From positions 1-25,158 of the forward strand of contig CAYZRF010000025.1 of assembly GCA_964480775.1 (NCBI GenBank): a DNA stretch of 25,158 bases, given 5' to 3'. Positions 7,561 to 16,506 of this stretch are shown here, in pieces; the stretch's first letter is position 1, and each line of letters opens with the position of its first letter. Origin of the DNA: an uncultured Nitrososphaerota archaeon (GTDB lineage: Archaea > Korarchaeota > Korarchaeia > Korarchaeales > Korarchaeaceae). A program made the position numbers and the translations under genes. The notes beneath the pieces are model-generated. The model ran no database searches. It saw only the letters and a list, made by a program, of their open reading frames with translations, and was not told the origin of the DNA.

Positions 7561-8760
7561 TTGAGAACTCCACCACATTTATTAATAAGAGGTCGTCGGG
7601 CAGAGCCCGAATTTGAATTAGCTACCTCTCTGGCATATGTTGCTTCTAAAAGAAAAAAATCAGGCTTCATAAGGAAAAGACCCGCTGAACAACTGGATTT
7701 TCTCATTAAAGTGTATTGGCCAATTAGAACCTTGACGTTTTACGGTAGAACCTATCTGTTTGATCCTTTAGGCTTATTTAGCATGACACTAGAGGTAGAA
7801 CCATTGGAAAAAATAAGAGAAGTAATGCAACAAATTTCTGGACCCACATTCTCGCTAGAAGAATTTATGATAAAACTAGAAAAAGCTGAACAGCAGATTC
7901 CAGAACCAGAGTTACTATCCAAGATAGAGGGGCTTGTTCCTGCATCAATGGCTAAGGATATCTACAGAGAGCTTATTGAGGACGAAAATATACCTGGTAT
8001 CAAACTGGAAGATAGAATGAGTGAGAGAGAGTTCTCAGAAGAACTTAGAGAAGCCATCAGACTGGTGGATCAACTAAAATGGGAGATCAATGAAATTGAA
8101 GGATATGTGAACTCGTTAACAAAGCTAAGAGATTCCTGGGAGAAGGAATTAAAGGAAAGGGAGGATGAGATTAGAAGAATCTACGAAACAAGAGTTGAGG
8201 ATGCCAAGCGTTACTTGGGTTCGAAGGCCGAAAAAGAGGTGGAAAAGCTCATGGTAGAAATGGAAAATGAATTAGGAAAGTTAAAAAAATCCATTGAAGA
8301 TCCGTTAAAAGTGCTAAAATCCCTAATAGAAAGGCTTGAAGCCGCCAAAAATAGGCGGGCTTTGTTCGTAAGGTCGTTAGAAGAAAATACTCCCAAGGGT
8401 CCCAATTTAGAGATACCGTTTATGGTAGCTTCTCTCTCAGGAAAAGCTGGAAGGAGATTTCTGGTAATTCCTCCTTCGAATCTATCAAGAGTAGGCATCG
8501 GAGGAAAGATTAAGAAAGCATTTGGAGCCATTGTAGTTCCTATAGAAACTAGGTCTTTGCTTTACGATAGAATGGCTGATCTATTAGAGAAAGAACTGCT
8601 CAATAACTTACAACTCTCTGCTTACGTTACAGAAAGAGGACAGGAAGCAAACCTCATCAAAAAGTACTCGGACTTGATCATGAGAGGCATTACTAGGCTA
8701 AGAGACATGGAGATCCTTGATGAAGACGATGCCACAGAAGTTATGTCAATGGTTCTCTAG
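7561..8760 (+). CDS. Hypothetical protein with a globular N-domain, a central coiled coil and a globular C-domain
   Basis: 399-aa ORF starting at TTG. Composition is coding-like throughout. The central region (about residues 150-270) is strongly E/K/R/L-rich with heptad-like spacing. I recognised no family. Confidence 0.6.
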   Translation: MRTPPHLLIRGRRAEPEFELATSLAYVASKRKKSGFIRKRPAEQLDFLIKVYWPIRTLTFYGRTYLFDPLGLFSMTLEVEPLEKIREVMQQISGPTFSLEEFMIKLEKAEQQIPEPELLSKIEGLVPASMAKDIYRELIEDENIPGIKLEDRMSEREFSEELREAIRLVDQLKWEINEIEGYVNSLTKLRDSWEKELKEREDEIRRIYETRVEDAKRYLGSKAEKEVEKLMVEMENELGKLKKSIEDPLKVLKSLIERLEAAKNRRALFVRSLEENTPKGPNLEIPFMVASLSGKAGRRFLVIPPSNLSRVGIGGKIKKAFGAIVVPIETRSLLYDRMADLLEKELLNNLQLSAYVTERGQEANLIKKYSDLIMRGITRLRDMEILDEDDATEVMSMVL

Positions 8761-8761
8761 C

Positions 8762-9766
8762 CTAAGAAGGAGAGGTACCTAAAACTACCTCTAGTTTTAC
8801 AAGCTGGTTCCTTCTAACGACAGAAATATCAATTGTGCTACCTGGGAGCTCTTCCCAAAGCTGTCCTATTAGATCATCCATTCCTTTGACCTCAGCTCCC
8901 TTAATTGAAACTATAACGTCTCCTTTTCTTAGGCCAGCATGCCATGCAGGTCCTCCTCTTATCACATTTACAACAAGCGCACCTCTGCTTACATTCAGCC
9001 CATAATGTCTTGCCATCTTGGGATCGACGTCGATACCATTAATTCCGAGCCATGGTCTTCTAACTCTACCCAGCCTTATCAAATCCTCTGCTACTCTTGA
9101 AACCAAATTTATAGGAATGGCAAATCCGATTCCTTGAGCATAGGGGATTATCGCTGTATTCATGCCGACAACTCTTCCATCCAAGTCTACTAACGGTCCA
9201 CCGCTGTTTCCAGGGTTTATAGCTGCATCTGTTTGAATTAGACCAGCAAGGAGAGGTCCTCTCTGGGTTTTTATGTGTCTCCCGAGTGCGCTTATTACCC
9301 CAAAAGTAACCGTAGGACCTCCTGCAAGACCAAATGAATTTCCTATAGCTATGACGAATTGTCCTACAGACAATTTGTCGGAATCGCCCAATTTGACTGG
9401 CTCTATATCATTCCTCTTTATTTTCATGACAGCCACGTCTGTCCATGGATCTCTTCCTATGAACTTTGCTTCCACCATGTCTCCGTTATTCAAATAGATT
9501 TCCGCTTTTCTTGCTTCAGCTAGGACATGAGCATTTGTAACAATATGCCCTTCTTTATCTATAATGAATCCAGTTCCAACTCCTTTTACAGGAACAGGAA
9601 GAAGGAATACGCTTGGCAAGAGACGCGTAGTGGTTATGTTAACTATGCTTCTCGTCAACCTATCAACGATTTTTGCCACCTGCTCCTGCATTTCACCTAA
9701 TGTCGTCAACATCCCATGTGATTGAAACTTCTGCATCAAAAAAGTTAGTACCTCAGGCTTGGTCAT
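8762..9766 (-). CDS. HtrA/DegP-family trypsin-like serine protease with a C-terminal PDZ domain
   Basis: Catalytic triad contexts TNAHV, WTDVAVMK and GNSGGPL. PDZ-like segment: GALVVNVIRGGPAWHAGLRKGDVIVSIKG. No obvious signal peptide. Confidence 0.9.
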   Translation of the reverse strand: MTKPEVLTFLMQKFQSHGMLTTLGEMQEQVAKIVDRLTRSIVNITTTRLLPSVFLLPVPVKGVGTGFIIDKEGHIVTNAHVLAEARKAEIYLNNGDMVEAKFIGRDPWTDVAVMKIKRNDIEPVKLGDSDKLSVGQFVIAIGNSFGLAGGPTVTFGVISALGRHIKTQRGPLLAGLIQTDAAINPGNSGGPLVDLDGRVVGMNTAIIPYAQGIGFAIPINLVSRVAEDLIRLGRVRRPWLGINGIDVDPKMARHYGLNVSRGALVVNVIRGGPAWHAGLRKGDVIVSIKGAEVKGMDDLIGQLWEELPGSTIDISVVRRNQLVKLEVVLGTSPS

Positions 9767-9827
9767 GTGTTGTTTGAAGTAAGATCTTAAAGTAAACCTA
9801 TATCTTTCAATTGCTTAAGTAATTGCG

Positions 9828-10712
9828 ATGGCATCCTCGACTTACCAAATTCTTGAACACTACAAAAAGGGGGAAGTCAGAAGAGAAATAGCATATTTCT
9901 GTCGTAAGAGGTGGGTTGCCCTATTTGGAAAGAGAGTAGTTAGATATGACGAAAAAGGTGCCCCTCTATGCATCGAAAGACCTAATCAAGTCATTGAATT
10001 ATTGAAACGTTTTTCCTTAATGGAGCCTAGATCCATTCATGCCACATCGGCCACGTTCCTTAATCTCTCCCAAAGAGAAGATGTGGAGTCTGAAACAAAT
10101 GTTATTTCATACACTCCTTATTGGGATATAGATAACGATCGAACGAAGTGGAAAGCAACTGTTGAAATAGCGCAAGGTATCTTGGACAGCTTGGAGAGGG
10201 AAGGAATAAGCAACTCCGTGTATGTGATGTGGACGGGCAGGGGGATGCATGTTAATTTAAATCAAGGATCGATTTCCCCAGAAATTACAAGGAAATACGG
10301 CGCGCTTGATGCTGCTTGGGCTATAGTGGAGTATATCATTGGAAAGATTACTGATAAACTTCAGAACATACGAGAAAGGTACGAAGCTTTCGAGTTAAGA
10401 GTGGATAATGAAATTAAACCCAAGAATTTGTTTTCTGTTCCACTAAGTTTGCATAGGAAGGTAAATTCTGTGGTGATATGCATACGCCCAGATGATTTGA
10501 GTTCTTTCAATCCTTCATGGTCAAATCCTAGCTTTTTCAAGCATAGCACAGATTGGAGAATGTTTTCAATCGGAGAGGCAGATAATCTAGTTAAAAAAGC
10601 CATTAAGATATATGGGGGCTACCCGTACCCCAGAAGAAGGAGCTATCGTAGAAAAGAACCCAAAGTTGAGGATATGATTCGTAAATGGATGAAAAAGAAT
10701 AACTTGTTATGA
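9828..10712 (+). CDS. priS: Compact archaeo-eukaryotic primase (AEP) catalytic-subunit-like protein (PriS-like)
   Basis: AEP motif I as YWDIDND (DxD), motif II as WTGRGMHV (sGxGxH), and motif III as LRVDNEIKPKNLFSVPLSLHRK (D...R/K..P.SLH). The N-terminal REIAYF...PRSIHATSATF resembles the PriS N-terminus. Only 294 aa. Confidence 0.6.
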   Translation: MASSTYQILEHYKKGEVRREIAYFCRKRWVALFGKRVVRYDEKGAPLCIERPNQVIELLKRFSLMEPRSIHATSATFLNLSQREDVESETNVISYTPYWDIDNDRTKWKATVEIAQGILDSLEREGISNSVYVMWTGRGMHVNLNQGSISPEITRKYGALDAAWAIVEYIIGKITDKLQNIRERYEAFELRVDNEIKPKNLFSVPLSLHRKVNSVVICIRPDDLSSFNPSWSNPSFFKHSTDWRMFSIGEADNLVKKAIKIYGGYPYPRRRSYRRKEPKVEDMIRKWMKKNNLL

Positions 10713-10722
10713 TATCTTTAAA

Positions 10723-10747
10723 CTGGAATTTGTTCTAAATTTTCCAG
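10723..10747 (+). terminator. Hairpin containing a T4 run, immediately after the PriS-like gene
   Basis: CTGGAATTT-GTTCT-AAATTTTCCAG forms about 9 bp of stem with a 2-nt bulge. It starts 11 nt after the stop codon. Confidence 0.3.
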
Positions 10748-10823
10748 ATCAAAGCTGAAGCTATAAGAGGTTCTAGATTGCCTCCACATCAAAGTTTTAG
10801 CTTTTAGCTGGGATGATATCCTA

Positions 10824-11774
10824 ATGACCAAGCTCTGTCTAGTATTTGGCAAGGAACTTCTACTCTATTCCTTTGGTCCTGGACACCCCATGAGGTCTGA
10901 TAGAATAGCCTATTTCTGGGAGGAACTTGAAAGAAGGGGTTTATTGAAAAACCGAGAAATAGAGGTTTGTACACCAATAATGGCCCAGAAGGAAGATCTT
11001 CTCCTGTTTCATGATGAAGATTATGTAAATTTTGTAAAAGTGGTTTCAAAAAGAGGGATTGGCGTCTTGGACTATGGAGACACGCCAGCTTTCCCAGGGG
11101 TTTTCGAAGCCTCATGCTATGTCGTAGGCTCAACTTTACTTGGCCTAGATAAAGTCATGAAAAAGGAGGCTATCCATGCCTTTAACCCCATGGGGGGTCT
11201 CCATCATGCGAGAAGGAATTCTGCGGGAGGTTTCTGTGTTTTTAATGATGTTGCTATCGCAATCTCTAAGGCAATAAGAGACTATGGCATTAAGAGAGTA
11301 TTGTATGTAGACCTTGATGCTCATCACGGAGACGGGGTTCTGTATGGCTTCTACGATGATCCAAGGGTATATATTGCCGATATACATGAGAGTGGCCGTT
11401 TTCTATATCCGGGGACAGGATTCAGAGAGGAAAAGGGTACTGGAGAGGCAGAAGGAACGAAACTAAACATCACTCTTAACCCAGGAGAGGGAGATAAAGA
11501 GTTGCTTCTTGCCATAGATGAGGTAAAATCATTTGCGAGAAAAGCTAGACCTGAGCTAATTATAATTCAATGCGGAGCTGACGGGCTTTCTACTGACCCT
11601 TTAACTCATCTCCAGTATTCTCATGATGGACATCGTTTAGCAGTTGAAGCCGTCCATGAATTAGCCCATGAACTCTGCGAAGGAAGGCTTGTGGCCACAG
11701 GAGGAGGGGGATACAATAGGATAGACACAGCGATCGCTTGGGTAAACGTAATTGATATATTGACCTCCTGTTAA
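10824..11774 (+). CDS. Histone deacetylase-superfamily protein (AcuC / acetylpolyamine amidohydrolase-like)
   Basis: GGLHHARRNSAGGFCVFNDVAIA, YVDLDAHHGDGV and GGGGYN are classic class I/II HDAC-family active-site motifs. Confidence 0.9.
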   Translation: MTKLCLVFGKELLLYSFGPGHPMRSDRIAYFWEELERRGLLKNREIEVCTPIMAQKEDLLLFHDEDYVNFVKVVSKRGIGVLDYGDTPAFPGVFEASCYVVGSTLLGLDKVMKKEAIHAFNPMGGLHHARRNSAGGFCVFNDVAIAISKAIRDYGIKRVLYVDLDAHHGDGVLYGFYDDPRVYIADIHESGRFLYPGTGFREEKGTGEAEGTKLNITLNPGEGDKELLLAIDEVKSFARKARPELIIIQCGADGLSTDPLTHLQYSHDGHRLAVEAVHELAHELCEGRLVATGGGGYNRIDTAIAWVNVIDILTSC

Positions 11775-11782
11775 TGAAAGCA

Positions 11783-13138
11783 CTATCTTTTCTTCTTTAG
11801 AATGAAAAGGACAAGAGCAACTAAACTGATAGATGTCGCCAATAAAATAATGTACGTTGTCTTTCCACCAGCTAACTTCTTCGCTTGAATAAGCTCCTCC
11901 AAAACGACTGTCATGTTAGTTACCCAATCGACAGGGTTTTCTGAATTTTTTGCCCGTTCCAAAGCAGTATTTGCCTTGTCTATGTGTTCTCTTACCTCTA
12001 TATTTTCTAAGGCGCCAATCTCTGTAATTTCTTTTTCAACCTCATTCATCAAAGGTTTCATCTGGTCTTTAATTGAATTGACTAATTGCATTCCCTTTTC
12101 AGCATGTTCAAGCGCCAATTTGTCGTCTCCAGTTAATAAAGCCCTTGTCCCTTGATCATATTCATCTTTTATTGACAATAGATCAATGTCCTTTATTTTG
12201 ATCCCTACTTCTTTTGATAGGTTTACCAAGCCCTCTATTTCTTTTAAGAATCTGTCTATGAGATCCAGTTTCTCTTCTGCTTCCTCAGAATAGGATTTCA
12301 AAACTGTAAAATTCAGTATTTTTGTGTCTTGAGGAACCTGACCGCTTACTATCAAAAGGGTAATGTTATGGGATCCAAGCGAGTAGTTTTCTGGAATTTT
12401 CCAAAATAGTCTGACCCGCACACCTGAGGGAACGCCTTCGGAAAGGAAAAGCAAAGGGTAGGGTTGTATCATTCCGCTGTAAATATTAACAGGTTTTGTA
12501 CCTGCTATGATCTCTCCAAGGTCGTTTCTTAGCAAAGCATGTATCGATGGAACATAATACTTACCTACGTTTCCTAAGTTAACCCACACAGTTAGAAACT
12601 CTCCTCTTCGCACCTTCTCTGTGTAATTGTACACATCCCAATACAAGATGGGGACATTCCCTTCTCCTATAGGATGTCCGATTGAAAGGAGGTACATCTC
12701 ATGGCCGAACTCCCTCTGATCCATGGGGTCTGGTACTCTGATCCCTCCCTGAATCCACCTCCCTCCCAACTTCCCCGTATAATATACGGCCGCTGCATAT
12801 CCATACCACCCAGCTTCAACGTTAGGTATCGTAAAGTTTAGGCTACCTACAACAACTGGTGTGTATTGGCTAACCGAAACGTTTAATCCAATCAAGCTAA
12901 TCGATTCATTCTCATTCATCCAATCAAAATGAATGAAGATTGCTCCTATGTATAATGGAGCGTCAACCCAAGAGATGACCCATATCTTTACGTTTCCAGT
13001 TGAGTTTGGCTCATAATAGAACTTGTCGAACTGAAATCCAACAGCAAAGGGGTTTCTTGTTTTTTCTTGAGAACTAACTGTAGAAGCGGCGCTAGCAATT
13101 ACAGCTACAATCAATAACAGCGTTGCTACCTTCTTCAT
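11783..13138 (-). CDS. Secreted, C-terminally membrane-anchored surface (glyco)protein
   Basis: N-terminal signal peptide (MKKVATLLLIVAVIASAAS). The first ~280 aa are beta-rich with about 10 N-x-S/T sequons across the protein. Then comes an E/K-rich helical stalk, a C-terminal TM helix (TTYIILLATSISLVALVLFIL) and a KKKR tail. Confidence 0.65.
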   Translation of the reverse strand: MKKVATLLLIVAVIASAASTVSSQEKTRNPFAVGFQFDKFYYEPNSTGNVKIWVISWVDAPLYIGAIFIHFDWMNENESISLIGLNVSVSQYTPVVVGSLNFTIPNVEAGWYGYAAAVYYTGKLGGRWIQGGIRVPDPMDQREFGHEMYLLSIGHPIGEGNVPILYWDVYNYTEKVRRGEFLTVWVNLGNVGKYYVPSIHALLRNDLGEIIAGTKPVNIYSGMIQPYPLLFLSEGVPSGVRVRLFWKIPENYSLGSHNITLLIVSGQVPQDTKILNFTVLKSYSEEAEEKLDLIDRFLKEIEGLVNLSKEVGIKIKDIDLLSIKDEYDQGTRALLTGDDKLALEHAEKGMQLVNSIKDQMKPLMNEVEKEITEIGALENIEVREHIDKANTALERAKNSENPVDWVTNMTVVLEELIQAKKLAGGKTTYIILLATSISLVALVLFILKKKR

Positions 13139-13206
13139 ATCGATCTTTATCCAAACATAAGATGACCAAAAAAAGGTTCACAATATAATGCTAAGGGGTC
13201 CCATGT

Positions 13207-13638
13207 ATGACAAATGAAGATTCAAAACAAAAGAAAGAAAACGAATTGAGCCTTGAATCAATGAGAAATAGTGTACAAGAAGTTCTTTCTTATGTTTCTC
13301 TCATCTTATCAAAGTCTGCAATGAATCCTTTCATCTTAACAAGAATAGAAAGTGAAATTGGTCTGAACTTGCCAGCTGTGAGATCTATTCTTCAAAGGGT
13401 AGACGAGATCATAAAAATTACAATAGATGAGCGCACAAGATATAAGAAAGTTTCAATAAAAGAGGTTTTGTCTTGGATTCCTCTCTTAAAAAGATTTCAT
13501 GTTGTATTAGAAAATCTGCCTATGGTTCTTGGACCTTACAGAGATTTAGAGATCTTTAATCGCTCTCTTTATGCTAAAGAGAACTTACTGAACATCATAG
13601 AGTTTCTAGAAGTTTTTGTTAAAAAAGCAACAAGGTAG
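13207..13638 (+). CDS. Hypothetical small protein (possible HTH segment)
   Basis: 143-aa ORF with an ATG start. TATA-like CAATATAAT lies about 20-25 nt upstream. RIESEIGLNLPAVRSILQRV looks HTH-like. No family recognised. Confidence 0.5.
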   Translation: MTNEDSKQKKENELSLESMRNSVQEVLSYVSLILSKSAMNPFILTRIESEIGLNLPAVRSILQRVDEIIKITIDERTRYKKVSIKEVLSWIPLLKRFHVVLENLPMVLGPYRDLEIFNRSLYAKENLLNIIEFLEVFVKKATR

Positions 13639-13639
13639 A

Positions 13640-14455
13640 TTAAGCGCCAAACCTTCTACTTCTCCTTTGGTAGTCCCTAATAGCCCTAAGAAGATCGATC
13701 TTCCTGAAGGCTGGCAAATAAGCTTCGCAGAAATAAAGCTCAGAATATGCAATGTGCCAAAGAAGGAAATTGCTAATTCTCTCCTCTCCTGAGGTTCTTA
13801 TAATTAAATCTGGATCTGGAAGATCTTTAAGATATAAGTGGGATCTGAAAGCCTCTTCATCAATATCATCGGGTCTCATCTTTCCTTCTCGAACTTTTTC
13901 AGCTATTCTTTTTACTGCGTCCAAGATCTCCATTCTTCCTCCATAAGCGATCGCCAAATTGATAGTTTTTGGCCCAAAGTCTGCGGTTTTATGTTCTAAC
14001 TCGCTAGCAAGCTCTCTAAGATCTTCAGGCAAGAGTTGCAGCCTACCAATAATCCTAACGCGAACTCCTCTACGTCTAAATTCATCTAAACTAGAAAGTG
14101 CCTCCTCTAGTTGGCTCTTTATCACTTTAAGGATAGTTTGCACTTGGTCTTGGGGTCTTCTAAAGTTCTCAGTGCTGAAGGAGTAAAGGGTTATGTGTTG
14201 AATGCCTAGTTCTTCACACCAGTCTAAAATCTGTTTCACTTTGTTTGCTCCTAGCATGTAGCCTTTCTCAATCGGAAGATTCTTTATTCTGGCAAAACGT
14301 CTGTTTCCATCAAGTATAATGGCTACATGTTTGGGAATGGGTCCTCTTCGCACAGTTCTCTCCAGATATTTTTGGTATACTGGTATCTGGATAGAAGAAG
14401 CCATCCCGTAAAGCAGATCACTAAGTTTGTCTATGAATCGATCCAGCAGTTGCAT
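13640..14455 (-). CDS. uppS: Undecaprenyl/di-trans,poly-cis-polyprenyl diphosphate synthase (cis-prenyltransferase)
   Basis: HVAIILDGNRRFA, TLYSFSTENFRRP and IRTSGEERISNFLLWHIAYSELYF are canonical UppS motifs. The ATG at 14455 is preferred; the longer track ORF starts at a TTG at 14521. Confidence 0.9.
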   Translation of the reverse strand: MQLLDRFIDKLSDLLYGMASSIQIPVYQKYLERTVRRGPIPKHVAIILDGNRRFARIKNLPIEKGYMLGANKVKQILDWCEELGIQHITLYSFSTENFRRPQDQVQTILKVIKSQLEEALSSLDEFRRRGVRVRIIGRLQLLPEDLRELASELEHKTADFGPKTINLAIAYGGRMEILDAVKRIAEKVREGKMRPDDIDEEAFRSHLYLKDLPDPDLIIRTSGEERISNFLLWHIAYSELYFCEAYLPAFRKIDLLRAIRDYQRRSRRFGA

Positions 14456-14587
14456 CGTGATGATACATTCTTCAATTTTAAAAAACACCGAATAAGTTGG
14501 CTTGTCTATAAGGTTAAACAAGAAACAGTAGAATGAACTTCCTTACAGTAGAAACGAATAAAAGCGGTCGGACAGAAATTGTATGAA

Positions 14588-15313
14588 ATGACAAGACGTC
14601 TTTACTATGAAGATCAATATATGAAAGATTTTGAGGCTGTCGTCGTAGACCTCTTGGAATTTCCAGATAACCTTGGACTTGTCTTAGATAAAACTGCATT
14701 TTATCCAGAAGGTGGAGGACAGCCAGCAGACACGGGACTTATAGAGGCGAGGAAATTTAGGTTCAAAGTCGCTTGGGTCAAGGAAGAGGGTAAGGATATT
14801 ATCCATCTTGGGAAAATGGAGGGTAAAATTTCGCCTGGCAGCATTGTAAAAGGCGCAATAGATTGGAACAGAAGATATAGGCTTATGAGAATGCATACAG
14901 CCGCACATCTTCTGGAAACAGCCGTGGAAAGAATTGTGGGTAGTGCAATCGTTTGGGGGAGCGGTATTAATGTGGATGACGCAAGGCTAGATTTTAAGGC
15001 CCGTATTTCATCTGATGAACTTCCGAGAATAGAAGAAGAGATTAACACGCTGGTTGAGATGGATGCTCCAGTTATGGCAAGGTTTGTTGAAAAAGAGGAG
15101 GCAGAGGATATCTTGAGAAAATATGGCTTAGAACTCGGCAAGCAGTATCTCGCCCTAGAGCAATTAAGAATCGTAGAGATTAAGGGAATTAGAGCTGATC
15201 CGTGTGGGGGGACTCATGTCTCTAAAACTAGTGAAATAGGCCAGATAAAACTTCTTGGCAGGAAGAGTAAAGGGGCAGGAATTACTAGAATACGATTTAC
15301 AGTGGTTCCGTAA
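14588..15313 (+). CDS. alaX: AlaX-M-type alanyl-tRNA editing protein
   Basis: MTRRLYYEDQY N-terminus, FYPEGGGQPAD, zinc motifs HTAAHLL (HxxxH) and CGGTHV (CxxxH). The ATG at 14588 lies 9 nt inside the TTG-initiated track ORF. TATA-like AATAAAAG sits about 30 nt upstream. Confidence 0.85.
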   Translation: MTRRLYYEDQYMKDFEAVVVDLLEFPDNLGLVLDKTAFYPEGGGQPADTGLIEARKFRFKVAWVKEEGKDIIHLGKMEGKISPGSIVKGAIDWNRRYRLMRMHTAAHLLETAVERIVGSAIVWGSGINVDDARLDFKARISSDELPRIEEEINTLVEMDAPVMARFVEKEEAEDILRKYGLELGKQYLALEQLRIVEIKGIRADPCGGTHVSKTSEIGQIKLLGRKSKGAGITRIRFTVVP

Positions 15314-15318
15314 GAAGT

Positions 15319-15537
15319 TTATTTCTCTTCTTTTGATTCTTTCTCTGGTACTTTAACTTCCTCTATCTTCATCGGTAATGGTATTACTTCAGGTTTCTTC
15401 TTTATTGTATAGAATACGGCTCCAAAAGCCTTTACAAATAGCCCTAATACGGACAGGAGCAACCCAGCTACTATTGCCACAACAAAGATAGATAAGACAA
15501 GCACTAAAATTATTGGAAAGAATTTAATCAAGAACAC
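15319..15537 (-). CDS. Small membrane protein with an acidic/lysine-rich C-terminal tail
   Basis: 72-aa ORF starting at GTG, with two predicted TM helices. The same frame stays open and hydrophobic up to 15621 (see findings), so the real start is uncertain. Confidence 0.4.
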   Translation of the reverse strand: MFLIKFFPIILVLVLSIFVVAIVAGLLLSVLGLFVKAFGAVFYTIKKKPEVIPLPMKIEEVKVPEKESKEEK

Positions 15538-15610
15538 AGCCGTTATGACGCCAATGGATGCTATAGTAATGAAAAATAAAAGAAGAGCAGCTATATCCTT
15601 ATGACTCAGC

Positions 15611-16324
15611 CTAACCTCCTCCTAGGGAAACCGTAAAGCCACCTCTCCCAGAGCTTGAAGTATAGCGAGCAAGGGTATTGGCCAAGGCTCTTACGTTCAT
15701 TGATTGAATTATTACCTTGCCTGGTCCTTTCATTTTAGCTAAGAAAATACCTTCACCAGCAAAGAGCATCGATCTGATACCTCCAATGCGCTCTATATCA
15801 TACTCAACAGTAGATTCAAATCCAACGAGCTGACCAGTATCTACCTTTAGAACTTGTCCTGGCTTCAAATTATACTCTACAAAATCCCCTGCGGCATGAA
15901 TAAAGACGGTACCTATTCCTGTAATCTTCTCTAATATTATCCCTTCGCCACCAAAGAGAGCTGCACCGAGCTTTTTTGTTAATCCAGGAGTAATATCGAT
16001 GCCTTCTGTTGCTGCTAAGAAGGCACCTCTTTGAACATAGTATTCCTTTGATCCGTCTAGCTCAAGGGCGGTTATCTTTCCAGGAACTACTCCGCTGAAA
16101 GATACTATTCCAGATCCGCCGATTGGAGTGAATTCCGTCATAAAGAAGCTCTCTCCCGCTATTTTCCTGAGAAATCCTTTTGCAATGCCTCCTCTTGCCT
16201 TAGCCTCTATTTTTACGTTCCCTGACATGTGATTTAAGGCCCCTGCTTCTGCTATTATTTTTTCACCTGGATTTAGCTCGATCACTACAGTCTGAAGGTT
16301 GTCCCCAACTATTCTATATTTCAT
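15611..16324 (-). CDS. TIGR00266 / AIM24 (DUF124) family protein
   Basis: MKYRIVGDNLQTVVIELNPGEKIIAEAGALNHMSGNV... together with repeated GGEG/AGEGIF segments is typical of this family. Confidence 0.8.
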   Translation of the reverse strand: MKYRIVGDNLQTVVIELNPGEKIIAEAGALNHMSGNVKIEAKARGGIAKGFLRKIAGESFFMTEFTPIGGSGIVSFSGVVPGKITALELDGSKEYYVQRGAFLAATEGIDITPGLTKKLGAALFGGEGIILEKITGIGTVFIHAAGDFVEYNLKPGQVLKVDTGQLVGFESTVEYDIERIGGIRSMLFAGEGIFLAKMKGPGKVIIQSMNVRALANTLARYTSSSGRGGFTVSLGGG

Positions 16325-16474
16325 AACATATCAGATAGAGTTTCGCTAATTTAAACTAAACTCTTCGTCCAGGGCAACAGGGACATTTACAACACAAACT
16401 ATTCCTCTTTAGGGATTAATTTTTGCATACGCCGGTATTATCAATTTCCAGCTGGAAGGTTCATAGTTCTTAGC

Positions 16475-16481
16475 TTATAAA
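16475..16481 (+). promoter_or_regulatory. TATA box (TTATAAA) for the MscS-like gene
   Basis: Ends 26 nt upstream of the ATG at 16507, implying a leaderless or near-leaderless mRNA. It has the same TTATAAAGGAA context as the element at 6727. Confidence 0.4.
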
Positions 16482-16506
16482 GGAACACAATTTCCTATGC
16501 CATAGA

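Noticed and set aside
14701-15141. 146-aa antisense ORF inside the first AlaX gene. Similar long antisense ORFs lie at 19454..19969, 22208..22549, 22754..23086, 8211..8531, 7150..7410, 2993..3271, 9273..9497, 11913..12155, 13752..14186 and 23535..23765.
   Set aside because: All lie opposite genes with strong family motifs. All have Ser/Leu/Pro-biased, motif-free translations typical of the complementary frame of K/E-rich genes. There is no independent promoter or start context.
6727-16485. The identical TTATAAAGGAA motif upstream of two unrelated genes (6727.. and 16475..) as a shared regulatory site
   Set aside because: The motif is essentially the consensus archaeal TATA box plus a purine-rich flank at the expected promoter distance. 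Two occurrences do not support a specific regulon.
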